The translations under genes were made by a program, and so were the position numbers. A stretch of DNA of 64,000 bases, taken from Octopus sinensis. Its lineage: Eukaryota. Where the stretch lies: contig NC_043013.1 in assembly GCF_006345805.1 (NCBI RefSeq), positions 10,478,001-10,542,000 of the forward strand, in the 5' to 3' direction. Below the pieces are notes generated by a model. The model had not been told where the DNA came from. It saw nothing but the letters and a program-made list of their open reading frames with translations, and ran no database searches. Of the stretch, positions 14,048 through 27,750 are shown piece by piece. Each line of letters starts with the position of its first letter. Position 1 is the stretch's first letter.

Positions 14048-14462
14048 TCTATAAATATAAAGCTGAAGTTGTCTGTGTATGTGTGGCAGGTTTAGTAGCC
14101 TTCAACTAACACTATCTCCTCCGAGATCCTGCGGCGCAAGTTGACCAAAATTGAGGGTATGATAGAAAAAAATTTCAAATTGGACCATGTTAAGACCAAA
14201 AATGATTTACATTAAATAGGTGCTTTTTTTCTATGAAAATCCCTATATTTTTACGATTTTTTTACTGCTGTGTCGCTACTTTTCGGTGTATTTCAATCAG
14301 AAAAATGTTCACTAAGAGAGAATAACAAGCTCCATAATGAAATTTTTTTACTATTCAAAAAAGATTGAAACTATGTCAAAACTTTGTTAACACGATATCA
14401 AAGTCTGCCGTTTTAAGCGCAACTAAAAAATAAACCCGAGCAACGCCGGGCTCTACTGCTAG
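14048..14462 (+). mobile_element. Non-autonomous Helitron
   Basis: A|TCtataaatataaa 5' end; 3' hairpin cccgagcaacgccggg 8 nt before CTAG|T; inserted between A and T with no TSD. Confidence 0.85.
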
Positions 14463-15556
14463 TTATATATAACGTGACGCCAAAAATCTCAGATCTGACA
14501 TCTTTTAGACTAGAAGCTATTTCTTTTGTTTCAAACATTAATAGAATTATAAGCAATTGAGCGTCGACGAAATTCTTTAAAAAGTTGCTAGAGTATATGC
14601 AACTTTCGATTTCGTACACCATTGTTGAATTATGTGAAAAAAAGGAAAAAGAAAAACATGTGCAATATGTTTTGAAAATTACATTGTTAATAGAAGTTAA
14701 CGTCACATCCCGAAGTCAGCTTGTCACTTATGGCATTTAAATGGAATTTATATACTTATTGGGATCCGAAATCACATTGCACAAGAAATGTGTCTTCTGC
14801 ATTCTCCAAAGTTTGATGTTTCTTTACAAGTGGACTCTTGGATCAATTTTGGATTCTTGCTCGGACATTGTTTCTAGAAATATTCAGAGTTTGATATTCT
14901 ATTATCAGATTTTGTGATTTCATTTGTGGAGAGTTCTTGATAAATAAAGAAATAATATATAAATTGGCTGTAGATAGTGAATGTTTATATATTTACAAAC
15001 AGAGAAAAGCATAACTCCAAACATATATAGAATTTATTAGAAAAATGACGTGCATTCAAAGATTACGATATATTTCGCTTTAAAGATTATTCCAGCAATT
15101 CAAATAGAGAAACAGCACGATGAAGGCGAAATTTATCTCAATGATGAGAACCGCGAAAATGAGGAGTTGGAATAAAAAGAAGAGAAAGCGGAGAAGATTC
15201 TGACGTGGAAAAGGACAATTTGACAATAAGCGGGACGATGGTCAAATGTCGATAAAAATAGCATTGAAGGTGAGACTATACCGGTGATGGTAATAATAGC
15301 ATGAGTATGTAGATAAAGCACGTAATGAAAGTGAAGACGACAAGAGTAGGATATCGTCATTGCTGATGATAATTGTGATGCTTATGGTGATGATGTTGTT
15401 GATTATGTACAAACAGAGTAACACTTTGGTGTATAGATTATTTTTAGATCGAAGGTATTCACCGGGGTTTGAATTGGTCAAGAAACGTACCGTGAATTCT
15501 TTCAATAATTATATAAAGACAAATAAAGAGTATGTATATAATAGACATGTGTATAA

Positions 15557-15616
<60 letters not shown>

Positions 15617-15698
15617 ATATGAGTGTGTATATGTCTATATATACACACACATATATATGTATATATAGGTACATACATAAATACATACCCGCACACTC

Positions 15699-15729
<31 letters not shown>

Positions 15730-16049
15730 TATATGTGTGTGTTTATGTATATGTATATATATATATGTGTGTTTGTATGTGTGTGTGTATGTGTGTATGT
15801 GTGTGTGTGTGTGTTTTCAATTAAAGGTGACATTGACGTTTTTGGACAGAGTTCAAACATCAAAAAGAATACAAGAGAAAATCTGATGACAATGAATAGT
15901 AGTCAAAAATAAATAAGTAAATAAAATAACCTAAAACAAAATATAAAAGAGAAGAAAACAAGTCTGTGGAAAAACATTGTTGTTTAATCGTGTAATTAAA
16001 GCATCTCTGCTTCAATGGTGAAAGATATATATTTAACAAGAAGCTGCAC

Positions 16050-16291
16050 AGCAACACTAACAACAACAACAACAACGACGACGGCTGCGACGGAGACGAC
16101 AGCAACACGAACAACAATAAACAGGAGAAATAACAGTAATAACAATGTAGTCAATAAGAACAACAATAACAACAATTACAACAGTGACAAGCAAAATGAA
16201 ATTGTTTGTATTCCGCTTTCGAATATTAATAAAATATTCATATTCATAATCATAATCATCACAGTCATCATCACCATCGCCAACGCCGACG

Positions 16292-16350
<59 letters not shown>

Positions 16351-16375
16351 GTCGTCGTCGTCGTCGTCGTCGTCG

Positions 16376-16416
<41 letters not shown>

Positions 16417-16673
16417 GTCATCATCATCACCATCATCGTAATCGTCGTCGTCATTATAGTTTATCATCCTCGTCATCAGATAAACGTCAGCAAGATCCTT
16501 CACCATCGTTTACATCACTATGACTATCATTTATATCGATATACTGACAAATATGTAAACCAAGTAATATTATATATATATATTGTCTATTTTATTAAAT
16601 TTTTAGTATTATTAAAAATTATTATTACTATTATCATCATTACTACTACTACTAATAATAATAAAAAAAAAAA

Positions 16674-16738
<65 letters not shown>

Positions 16739-16770
16739 TGATGATGATGATAATAATAATAATAATCATA
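16050..16770. repeat. Compound trinucleotide microsatellites (AAC, ATC, GTC, ACC, AAT)
   Basis: Direct reading; explains the poly-I/V/D/M ORFs. Confidence 0.95.
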
Positions 16771-16775
16771 AGATA

Positions 16776-17166
16776 GGCGTAGGAGTGGCTGTGTGGTAAA
16801 TAGTTTGCTTACCAACCACATGGCTCTGGGTTCATTCCCACTGCATGGTACCTTGGATAAGTGTCTTCTACTATAGCCTCGGGCCGACCAACGCCTTGTT
16901 AATCGATTTGGTAGACGGAAACTGAAAGAAGCGCGTCGTATATATGTGTGTCTATGTTCGTGTGTCCGTGTTACCCCGCCAACATCGCTTGACAACCGAT
17001 GCTGGTGTGTTTACGCCCCCATAACTGAGCTGTTAGGTAAAAGACACCGATAGAATAAGTACTAGGCTTACAAAGAATAAGTCCTGGGGTCGATTTGCTC
17101 GACTAAAAGCGGTGCTCCAGCATGGCAGCAGTCAAATGACTGAAACAAGTAAAAGTGTAAAAGAGT
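16776..17166 (+). mobile_element. SINE family A copy, full length
   Basis: Head, CORE-like segment and tail all present. Confidence 0.9.
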
Positions 17167-17409
17167 GAGTATAATCCTTTCTACGAAAGGGACAACACCT
17201 GATATTTTGAGGGAGGGGCCGAATCAATTACATCGCCCTCAGTCGTCAAGTTGGTGCTAATTTTATGGAACCTGAAAGGCAAAATCGATCGTAGCGGAAT
17301 TTGACCTCGGGTACTATAAGCGAACGAAATGCTACTAGACATTTTGTCCGGCATACTAACGATTCAACTACCTTTCGTTAACAATAACAACACCACCAGC
17401 AATTATAAC

Positions 17410-17440
<31 letters not shown>

Positions 17441-17451
17441 CAACCACCACC

Positions 17452-17503
<52 letters not shown>

Positions 17504-17928
17504 CAACTACTATGATTATTGTCATTATTGTTATAGTGGCTGTTGTGGTAGGTGTTTTTGTTGTTGTTGCTGTTGTTGTTGTTTTTGTTATATTTCTCTT
17601 GGTAAAATAATAGTGAAAAGAAAAGTAAGAAGTTAGAGTGGAGTGAAACCCCCTTGGGTGGGATTATTTTCACAAACTATAATGGAGTTTCAAATACCAG
17701 CATTGTTCCGTGACGTGATTAAACTGAAATACAGCATCCATTGTGAAGCTGATATCGTCTGTACGTGTGTAGTGTGTATCCGTGTGTTCGACTATATGTA
17801 TGCATATAAATATATATATATATGAATGTGTGTGTGTGTATAAGTGTGTATGTATATATGCATGTATATATATAAATAAATATATGTATATATAAATACA
17901 TGCATAGATACATATACATATACATATA

Positions 17929-17991
<63 letters not shown>

Positions 17992-18099
17992 GTATATACG
18001 TACATACTCACACATATATACATACATTTATTTACATCATTATATATATGTTTGTTTGTTAATGTATGTATATGCATAAACATATATGTGTATGTATGC

Positions 18100-18135
<36 letters not shown>

Positions 18136-18164
18136 ATATATATATATATATATACATATTATAT

Positions 18165-18208
<44 letters not shown>

Positions 18209-18497
18209 TGTATACACACACACATATGTGATTGTTATTTGTACAAGGTATTAAAAAGTGGTGTTTTTCCTGGTTGAGTGCGTATTTGACCATGTGTGTA
18301 CGTAGTTGAAGGAATTTTGTCTAAGTATATATATAAATGTGTGCCGGTGCGCCCGCATGTGTATTTGCATCGTTGTAGTTGACTATGTGTATATATGCAT
18401 TCGTACATTTTGACGTTTATTGCGCATCTTTTTCTACTCAGATATTTATATATAGACTAACGTTTTGATACACGCACAAACGCACAAACGCACACTG

Positions 18498-18593
<96 letters not shown>

Positions 18594-18696
18594 CATGCAC
18601 AAACTCACACACACGCACACACAAACACACACACATAATTGTATATATTTCTAATGCGTATGAGAGAACAAACTGAAATAGCATTCAACACACCCG

Positions 18697-19132
18697 TTGA
18701 TTTCAAATTTTGTCACAAGGCCAGCAATCTTAGGGGAGGAGGTAATACGATTACGTCAACTCCAGTGTTTACCTGATCGGGTCTTTTTATCGACTTCAAG
18801 AAAGATGTAAAGGGCAAGTCGACCCCGGCGGAAATTGAACTCAGAGCATACAGACGGATGAAATGTCGCTAAGCAATTTGCCCGGAGTGCTAGCGATTCT
18901 GCCAGCTCACTGACTTATACAGCTCCTATACTGGTTTCAAATTATGGCACAAGGCTTGGAATTGTAGGGGAAGCGGTAAATCCATTACATTGACCCAGAT
19001 TTCTACTGGTACTTATTTTAACGACCCCAAATTTTTAAGTTGACCTCGGTTGTATTTGAACACGGAACGTAGAGCGAAAGAAATGCCCCTAAGTGTTTTG
19101 CCCGGCGTGCTAACGATTCAGCCATCTCACCG
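18697..19132 (-). mobile_element. Two adjacent diverged SINE family B copies
   Basis: tttcaaatt(t/a)tg(t/g)cacaagg...cgattc(t/a)gcca(g/t)ctcac occurs twice. Confidence 0.75.
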
Positions 19133-19385
19133 TACCTCCTCACGTTCGTAGGGCTGTTTGTTTTACCAACAGGAAACAGAAAATTTTGCATGTTTTTCAT
19201 AGGATTTCAAAAGCATTTTGCGCGATATTCTATAACGTAGCTGGTCAACGCCGGGTATTACTATGAATATTAAAAAAACATACTTACTTTGAATATATTA
19301 GCAAATAATTCATTCAATATTTATAAATATAAATTGTGTTCATTGAAAAAGTGACTTCAATCTGTTTACATGGCGCATACGATCA

Positions 19386-19386
19386 A

Positions 19387-19422
<36 letters not shown>

Positions 19423-19550
19423 CAGTAGTAGTAGCAGCAGCAGTAGTAGCAGTAGTAGTAGCAGTAGTAGTGGTAATAGTATAAGGTATAGTAGTAGTAG
19501 TAGTAGTAATAGTAGTAGTAGTAGTAGTAGCAGTAGTAGTAGTAGTAGTA
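19386..19550. repeat. (TAG/CAG)n microsatellite
   Basis: Direct reading. Confidence 0.95.
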
Positions 19551-19849
19551 ATTTGTATGTGTTTATTTTATGCAAAACAACACCATGGAGAAATCGACGT
19601 AAGCCGCGATAAGTGAACAGCGATAGGTAAACCGCGATATGGCGTGGGATTGCTGCATTATACCTAAGGGTACCCATGCAAATGACTTTGTGTTTTGAAT
19701 AGTTATGTGATAGGGTGTATATCTATGTGTGCACTTTTATTTTATACATGGTGGAGGTATACAGTTATGAGAAAACAAAACGTACAAACTCATATTTTTA
19801 TCAAGAAAATTAAAAGTTACGATAAAAGTATTATAATAGTTATGATATT

Positions 19850-20152
19850 GTTTGTTCCTTCTCGAGCCATGCCCGGCTATTAAGGGCCGGTTTTCCCGGT
19901 TTCTTTGGCCTATAGGTTCCCCACCCCGACGGGACACCGGTCTGTCGCAGGTGAGCTGCAAGATGCAGGACGAAAGAGTGATAGAAAGTTGTGGCGAAAA
20001 AGTCAGCAGAAGTTCACCATTACCTTCTGCCGGAGCCGCGTAGAGCTTAGGTGTTTCGCTTATAAACACACACATCGCCCGGTCCGAGATTCGAACCCGC
20101 GATCCCTCGATCGCGAGTCCGCTGCTCTAACCACTAGGCCATGTGCCTCCAC
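19850..20152 (-). mobile_element. tRNA-derived SINE family C, tail variant 1
   Basis: Minus head gtggaggcacatggcctagtggttagagcagcggactcgcgatcgagggatcgcgggttcgaatc has clear A and B boxes and is followed by a non-tRNA body. Confidence 0.85.
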
Positions 20153-21991
20153 TATATTTATGATAAATGTATTATTATGATCAACGTCACTGAAAATATC
20201 AAACCTGAGGCTAACTAATTTAATGTGCTAATAATTTTAATGAATTAATTATTATACAATCGATGTGATACCTACTGTATACCTACTTTTGCACCCTCTG
20301 TATATAACAATATTTATGCGTGTGTGTATTGTTTGGATGTTCTCTGTGCAAGATAGGTATAACAACAACTGTTTACTCTATTTGCTTAGAATTTAATGCC
20401 GATCTAATTCATTCAACTCAGTGTGCTTGTTTAAATTCCTAGAAATATCAACCAAATATCCCTGACATCCTGACATCACTCTGTACAGTCACAAAAAGGT
20501 GAGATATTGAGAATGTATTCTTAGATATATTATGAGTGAAAAAGTAATATATATCTTTTTAGTTTTACTTCAACAGGGCTTTCAGAAAAAATTAAATAAA
20601 TAAATACAGAAAAAATGGAATCTCACAGACAGCACTTATTTTGCTAGAAACAGGAACCGACTCTACCGACAGTCACACATTATCATTAAAATATTTAGTC
20701 ATATATAAATATATATTGCGGCACAAGAAAAGCAAATATAGATGGGCTGGACACATCACACAACTGAAGGGCAAAGACGTGCTTGTTTCAGTTTCCGTCT
20801 ACCAGATCCACTCCCAAGGCTTTGGATGACGCGAGGCTATAGCAGAAGACACTTGCCCAAGAAGCCACGCAATGGACTGAACTCAGAACCATGTGGTTGC
20901 GAAGCAAGCATCTTACCACACAACCACACTGTATGTATGTATCTCAAATTAAGGCAAGTTTGTCACGGATGGTATGCTTTTGATCATAGGCCAACTTGAT
21001 CACATCTGATCTGGTGCTAAAAAGCAATGGTTATTGCAATGAAAGGGTTAACATTTGGAACAGAATCTCCACTCAATTGAAAGAACGCGGTAGCAAATCG
21101 TAATATCGTCCACGGTTTTAGCAATGAAATATTAATTAGAAAGGGAAATTCAAAGAATGATTCTTATTTTGTATATCTTTCTCATTATAGCCAGCACACT
21201 GCTAATGCCATATGGACAGAGAAGTACCGCACGGCAAGACAATGTCCAATTGACAGCGGAAACTGTAATTTTAAAGGAATGTTTGGTGACTTATTGGCTG
21301 CGTTTAAAAAGCTTTTTCCTTAGCTTGTCAAAAAATGTAAACCTTGCGTTTCTATAAAGTGGAAGACTCGAAACAGAACACACCATAAAGCTTTTAAGAA
21401 TCTACTAACATGGTCGTGTCTTCTATACGGAGGCATTTTCCAAAAGGAAACTGGATTGCATGAGAGAAAGAGAGAGAAGGAAATGCCTTGATGTTTATAT
21501 GAAACTCAATTAGCGTTCTTTTTAAGAGTTGACATCTCTTAATTATTTGTGAAAACGAAAGTAAATTTATTAACCTCCAAGCTATTCTGGACTACATTGC
21601 CACTAACAAAAGAAAAGCAATGTTTTCGTACTTGATATTGGGATGTTGCATGGAAGATCGGAAGAAATTCTTCCAAGGAATTCGCATGGCAGCACACCCG
21701 CCTCGTTGATTCAGTCTCACATGCACACACACGCACACGCTCGCGCGCAAACGTACACACGAGTATATATATATAGACGCAGGAATTTCTGTGTGGTAAG
21801 ACGTTTGCTACCCAACTTTCTGACTACATGGTCCCGGGTTCAATTCCGTTGCTTAGCACCTTGAGCAGCTGTATTCCACAGTAGCTTTAAGTCGATGAAA
21901 GCCTTGTCAGTGGATCTGGTAGACGAAAACTGAAATAGGCTGGTCGTGTATTTATATGTATATATGTGTATGTATATGTATTTATTTATAA

Positions 21992-22385
21992 TCTTTATAT
22001 ATAAAAGTGAGGTTGTGTGCTGTCTGTCTCCTACGATTTAGATTCCTAACTACTCCCACATTTTGCGGTGCAGTTTAACCAAAACCGGGTATCTTATAGT
22101 CGTGATTCATATCGAGCCCTTCTGTGTATTAGCGCGCGTCTACGATGAGTCTACGATTTAAAAAAAAATTACCATCAATTTTTCCCATTTTTAATGCATT
22201 TTTGGCATATATAAGGGAAGTAACTCTCTAAAAATGTATTATTAAATCTCAGAACGTAAAAAGCTACAGTAACACCCACCTTTGTGGTTAGCCATATTGA
22301 GATGGCTATTATACCTTACATCTCTAAAAATGCTTATATATTTATTTCCCTTACAAACCCGAGCAACGCCGGGTGATACCGCTAG
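21992..22385 (+). mobile_element. Non-autonomous Helitron, copy 1 of tandem pair
   Basis: A|TCtttatatataaaa...cccgagcaacgccggg-tgataccg-CTAG|T. Confidence 0.88.
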
Positions 22386-22446
22386 TATATCATAAATATA
22401 TAATATATATATATATATATGTGTATGTATATGTATTTATTTATAA

Positions 22447-22840
22447 TCTTTATATATAAAAGTGAGGTTGTGTGCTGTCTGTCTCCTACGATTTAGATTC
22501 CTAACTACTCCCACATTTTGCGGTGCAGTTTAACCAAAACCGGGTATCTTATAGTCGTGATTCATATCGAGCCCTTCTGTGTATTAGCGCGCGTCTACGA
22601 TGAGTCTACGATTTTAAAAAAAATTACCATCAATTTTTCCCATTTTTAATGCATTTTTGGCATATATAAGGGAAGTAACTCTCTAAAAATGTATTATTAA
22701 ATCTCAGAACGTAAAAAGCTACAGTAACACCCACCTTTGTGGTTAGCCATATTGAGATGGCTATTATACCTTACATCTCTAAAAATGCTTATATATTTAT
22801 TTCCCTTACAAACCCGAGCAACGCCGGGTGATACCGCTAG
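22447..22840 (+). mobile_element. Non-autonomous Helitron, copy 2 of tandem pair
   Basis: Nearly identical to copy 1, offset by 455 bp. Confidence 0.88.
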
Positions 22841-25469
22841 TATATCATAAATATATAATATATATATTATATATATGTGTGTGCATGTGTATGCATGTAT
22901 GTACGTACGCTCTTATACCTCTATATGTGTATTTATTATTGATGTCATAACCATTTTAAAAGTGCGAGAAAGTGACATAATTTACATTTTTTTGTGTGGG
23001 GAGACGGTATATCTGGACGCATATAAAACTCTGACTAATAACGTATCGATATTTGAAGAGAGTCACAAATCGCTCGTGGAACGCGAATGCAGATCTCCTG
23101 TAAACATGACAGGCCTACTACCAAAGGACAAAAGCAGTCTTTCGAATTTTCCTATCTATTTTAAAGATCTTATTGTTACCAGCAGGAATTGTATTTTGCT
23201 GACGTCTTAAGGGTTTAGATTTTGGACGGACAGAGAATATCGAAGCGCATAACGCTATAAATATGCACACGTTATAATTTATCGCAATCTCTGTTTTGAG
23301 TTTTAAATTACTAGATCAAAATCATACATATGTTTGTGTGTGTTTGTGTGTGTGTGTGTGTGTGCGCGCGCGCGCGTGTGTGTGTGTTTGTGTTTGTGTT
23401 TGTGTGTGTATGTGTGCGTGTGTGTGTGTGTGTGTGTTAGCGCGTATATCTTAAAGTTATCTCCCTACTCCATCTTAGTTACGATTAAGGCTAATGATTT
23501 TTCCTATCTATGTGTTCCCTATTCTGAGTATCATACTGTGAAACATTCTATCATTGTTTTTCAATTTGTTAATCAATGAATTATTTTCATTAAAAACGCG
23601 TAAGTGTTATAAAAGCGGTTTTAAGCTTTGATATGTTTTTGACTAAGATTCTCTGAAAATGTCTAATGAAAAGAGAGACCAATATAATCAAAGTAGCAAA
23701 ATTTGTTTTCTAATGTGAACAGTCATATTTTGGGGTTTGGTCAGTGAAGAATTATCGCTTAGAACAAACTGCCCAGTCATTATCTTTAGTATTTTCACAT
23801 TCAAAGGTGGCTGCTAGCAGAATCGTTAGCATATCGGTTAAACATTCTTAGCGGTATTTCTTCCGGCCCTTTATGTTCTGTGTTTAGAGTTTTGTATGTC
23901 GGCATGCACCAGTCCTTCTGGACAGGCCCCGGTTTTGCAAATATTAATCACAAAGTTGTTCAGACAAGTTTTTTTTTAACAGGAATTCTTATGCAGTCTA
24001 TTACAGCGGCGATCTGGCAAAATCCTTAGCACGCCGGACAAAATACTTCAGAGTATTTCGTCTGTCTTTAAATTCTGAGTCCAAATTCCATCGCTGTCAA
24101 CTTTGCTTTTCATCCTTTCGAAGATGAGAAAATGTATAGCAGTTAAGCACTAGCTTCGATGTAATCGAGTTAAACGCTTCCCTCGATGTTGCTGGCGTTG
24201 TGCCAACGTTTGAAAACATTCTATGCAGTTTTGAACGTCTTTTGTGGAAACGGTGGTATTTAAATGTAAAGCTTTACGCACTACTTGCTGTGTTGGTGCT
24301 GTTGCGAAGTCAGTTAGTTGACCAAGAAGAGTTGCGAAGTGTTCTTTCCATTTGGCAATAAACTCGTGTTTTGCTCTTATCTTTCCTTATTTAGACAAAT
24401 CCCACCATTGAAATTTAGTTCATGATCATCAAAATGAATATATGTATATGTGTGAGTGTGTGCATTTGCACGCACGCGTATGTCTGTGTGCGCGCGTGTC
24501 TGTGTGTGCATGCATGTGTTGATACGAAATTCGTTTAATATATAGCCACATTTTCCTTGCTATGAGTCCCTTACGCAAAATGTTAAGCATCATTTATGAT
24601 TTCCTTCGAATTGTTTAAGCCTCTTCCTCTCTGCACAAAAGAATATTATCGCTTGGAGTTCGTTTCATCTTCGTTTTCCCATCCTTGGAATTCGTTTCAC
24701 AATCTTGGCAGAATGATTTCCCTGGGTTTCCATAAGATTTTGCTGTGATGTTCGAGAAAAATTTCAGTTTTGTCATTGGAGTAAGATTGAAAGCTTGGAT
24801 TCATTTATTTTCTTGGTAGTAGTTCAATTTATTCCATTCTTAAAGGATCATCACTTTTGTCAGATTTTTGTATCACTTTCATATTTTTCCATTTAAAAAA
24901 AATTTATTTCCGCGCAAGTTATTCAAATTGTTCCGGTTCTTAATATACGATGTTTAAATGCAACTGAATAATTGCACGCTTCTCAGTCGGTGCCAATGTT
25001 TCTTCATTTAACATTGAAAAGGATCTTTTCCATTTTCTGAAATGAACACTCAAACATACCAGTTCAAATTCAGATATAAAAATCGAGTAAACGCTACTGT
25101 TGTATACAAATGCATACATACACTAACACGCACGCGCAGGAAGATTATAGATAATTAATTATTAACGTGGAATAATTATCAGAGGAGACATTTCTATTCA
25201 TTTCTTCATGTATATATATATATATATATATTTCCAATTGTTCGGTTATTGACTGCAGCGATGCTGGAGCACCGTCTTAAAGGGTGTTAATCGAAGGAGT
25301 CGAACCCAGGACTTATTACTTGTAAGCCTAGTACCTATTCTGTCGGTCTCTTATGCCGAAACGCTAAGTTATAGGGGCATAAACACACAAGCGACGGTTG
25401 TCAAGTGATGGTAGGGAGACAAACTCAGACACACACGCAAATATATATGTGTATATATATATAGTTATT

Positions 25470-25502
<33 letters not shown>

Positions 25503-25667
25503 ATAAATATATATATGTATATATGTATATATTTATGTATGTAAGTATATATATATGTGCATATATGTGTGTGTGTGTTTGTATATATATATATATTTAT
25601 ATATGTATGTATATGTATATATATATATATATTACATATATATGAGTATATACATGCATATATATGC

Positions 25668-25710
<43 letters not shown>

Positions 25711-25749
25711 AGCTGCATCCTCGTTACACGAGAAAAGCCATTGCCAAGA

Positions 25750-26215
25750 AGACTTAGTGAAATGATTCATGATTGATACCATGTGATGCCTTTTTATATC
25801 TTTTAAGCCCGATCAAGCTTTTACACATTTTATTACATACTAGACAACGGTGCTAGCTGGCAGGAGAAACAGGTGTCACCATATGCACTCTCTTGCAGGC
25901 TGTGGTGTCCTGGGACACCTGCCGAGCCAGACAACAGAACAAAATGTTCCCGAGTCCTTTTTGCCATTTACTTCATTATCAATATGAACTTTCATTGATT
26001 CGACGTGCCTTTTTAAGCTTCGGCCAGACATGTACATACAAGATGTCCATTTCTTTTTTCCTCTCCAGCAATACCTGTGCTTGACACTCTTTGAAGTGAG
26101 AAAAAATTTGCACAGCAAGCATTCCCATTCTCTCAACTACAAAGCATGATCCCAAAAGAAGAGCAAGTCGACATCATTGGGTGCATTTGCAGTCGCAGGT
26201 TTTATATCAGAGCCT
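25750..26215 (-). pseudogene. Possible hAT-type transposase N-terminal zinc-finger remnant
   Basis: EWECLLCKFF...SLKRHVESMKVH and a second ...[17 protein letters not shown] resemble TTF/BED CxxC..H..H fingers; interrupted by stops. Confidence 0.35.
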
Positions 26216-26249
26216 CCTTCTCCCAGTCTTTGCCCAGCCATATGTATAC

Positions 26250-26282
<33 letters not shown>

Positions 26283-26286
<4 letters not shown>

Positions 26287-26482
26287 TAATCCAAACAAGA
26301 AAGCACAAAAAAACACAACAACGCGAGGACCTGGAACAAATATAATATTATTGGACGCTCGGGAAGGAAAGGAAGGAGGGTTTAACGTTTCGAGCGGAGC
26401 TCTTCGTCGGAAACATAGGAGAAGGAAAGATCCAGTGAAGGGAAGACAGAGGAAAAAATCGCGAACGGTACACGCGCGGTCA
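26283..26482 (-). mobile_element. ORF-less pLTR-like element with minimal HHR (26380-26414), flanked by (TA)n
   Basis: Minus strand: gttt CCGACGA a gagc-tcc-gctc GAAAC GTT aaac. Homologous to 56440-56645. Confidence 0.72.
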
Positions 26483-26681
26483 TATATATACATACATACA
26501 TACATATATACACACATATATATATATATATATATAATACATATATATATATACACACACATATATATATATATATATGCATGCATGGTAAATTCCTGCG
26601 TTTGTGTGTATGTGTGAGTGCTTCTGTATGCATTACAGCTGAGTATGTGTGTGTGGGCCCATCTCTGTGGGTGGGTGCATG

Positions 26682-26732
<51 letters not shown>

Positions 26733-27362
26733 ACGTTTGAGAGTTACCAAAGATGCTGACGTATCCTGGCGTCATTGAATCAATAAAACGAAAGCGTTTG
26801 GTTATAGTTCAGTTCGGTATTGTTAATTAATTAACTACCGATTGATTTGTCAAGTCATTCTCCAACCAACTCTGTCCTTTTGATATACTTCTCTTTCGTT
26901 TATTTTATTTTGCAGATGTAGAGGACTTTTAAGCCTATGAGGTGTTTAGAAATTCCTTGCCAAAGGAATCAACATGCAATTAATTGATTAACTGATAAAT
27001 AAATGATGAAGTAAAGCACTTGAGAATGACACTGTACATTTTCAATGTGGATGGGCTTGTGTAGATGTGGGTGGGGTTATCTATATATTAAAATACGTTC
27101 TGGGAGTGGCTAAAACTGTTATATCGCAATTCTACACAGTGGCTGTGTGTGCTACGAAATCTTCGTCGCCACTGTTATATCGCACGTTCCGATGACCTCT
27201 GCTCAACTCCCGACGTCTAGACTTCTCCCTCTATATCTACGTATTGGGCTAGCCTACTTCATCGTCTAGGGGCGTCCACACAACAAAAACCCTTTAAACA
27301 GGATTTTCTTGCGCGGCGTATGATTAATATATGAATTCAACTAAACAAAGAAAATAAATGAA

Positions 27363-27750
27363 AGCAGGAGTGGCTGTGTGGTAAGTAACTTGCTAACCAG
27401 CCACATGGTTCCGGGTTCAGTCCCACTGCGTGGCATCTTGGGCAAGTGTCTTCTGCTATAGCCCCGGGCCGACCAATGCCTTGTGAGTGGATTTGGTAGA
27501 CGGAAGCTGAAAGAAGCCCGTCGTATATGTATATATATATATGTATGTGTGTATGTGTTTGTATGTGTGTGTTTGTCCCCCTAGCATGCTAGTGTGTTTA
27601 CGTCCCGTCACTTAGCGGTTCAGCAAAAGAGACCGATAGAATAATTACTGGGCTTACAAAGAATAAGTTCCGGGGTCGATTTGCTCGACTAAAGGCGGTG
27701 CTCCAGCATGGCCACAGTCAAATGACTGAAACAAGTAAAAGAGTAAAGAG
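27363..27750 (+). mobile_element. SINE family A copy
   Basis: Head, CORE-like segment and tail present. Confidence 0.9.

Noticed and set aside
16015-16776. 253-aa ORF and overlapping poly-D/poly-M ORFs
   Set aside because: Translations of compound trinucleotide microsatellites with no domain content.
20080-20152. tRNA gene-like sequence (also 40965-41039)
   Set aside because: No proper acceptor stem, and it runs straight into a repeated SINE body, so it is a SINE head.
20700-20770. KYRWAGHIT peptide resembling an RTE RT C-terminus
   Set aside because: Too short to call on its own.
24560-24900. Short minus-strand open frames in unique sequence (also 14750-14920, 35290-35520)
   Set aside because: Under 60 aa, no recognisable homology and no consistent splice structure.
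26890-27005. Splice acceptor (ttttgcag) followed by AATAAA
   Set aside because: No coding frame or partner exon; such motifs are common in AT-rich DNA.
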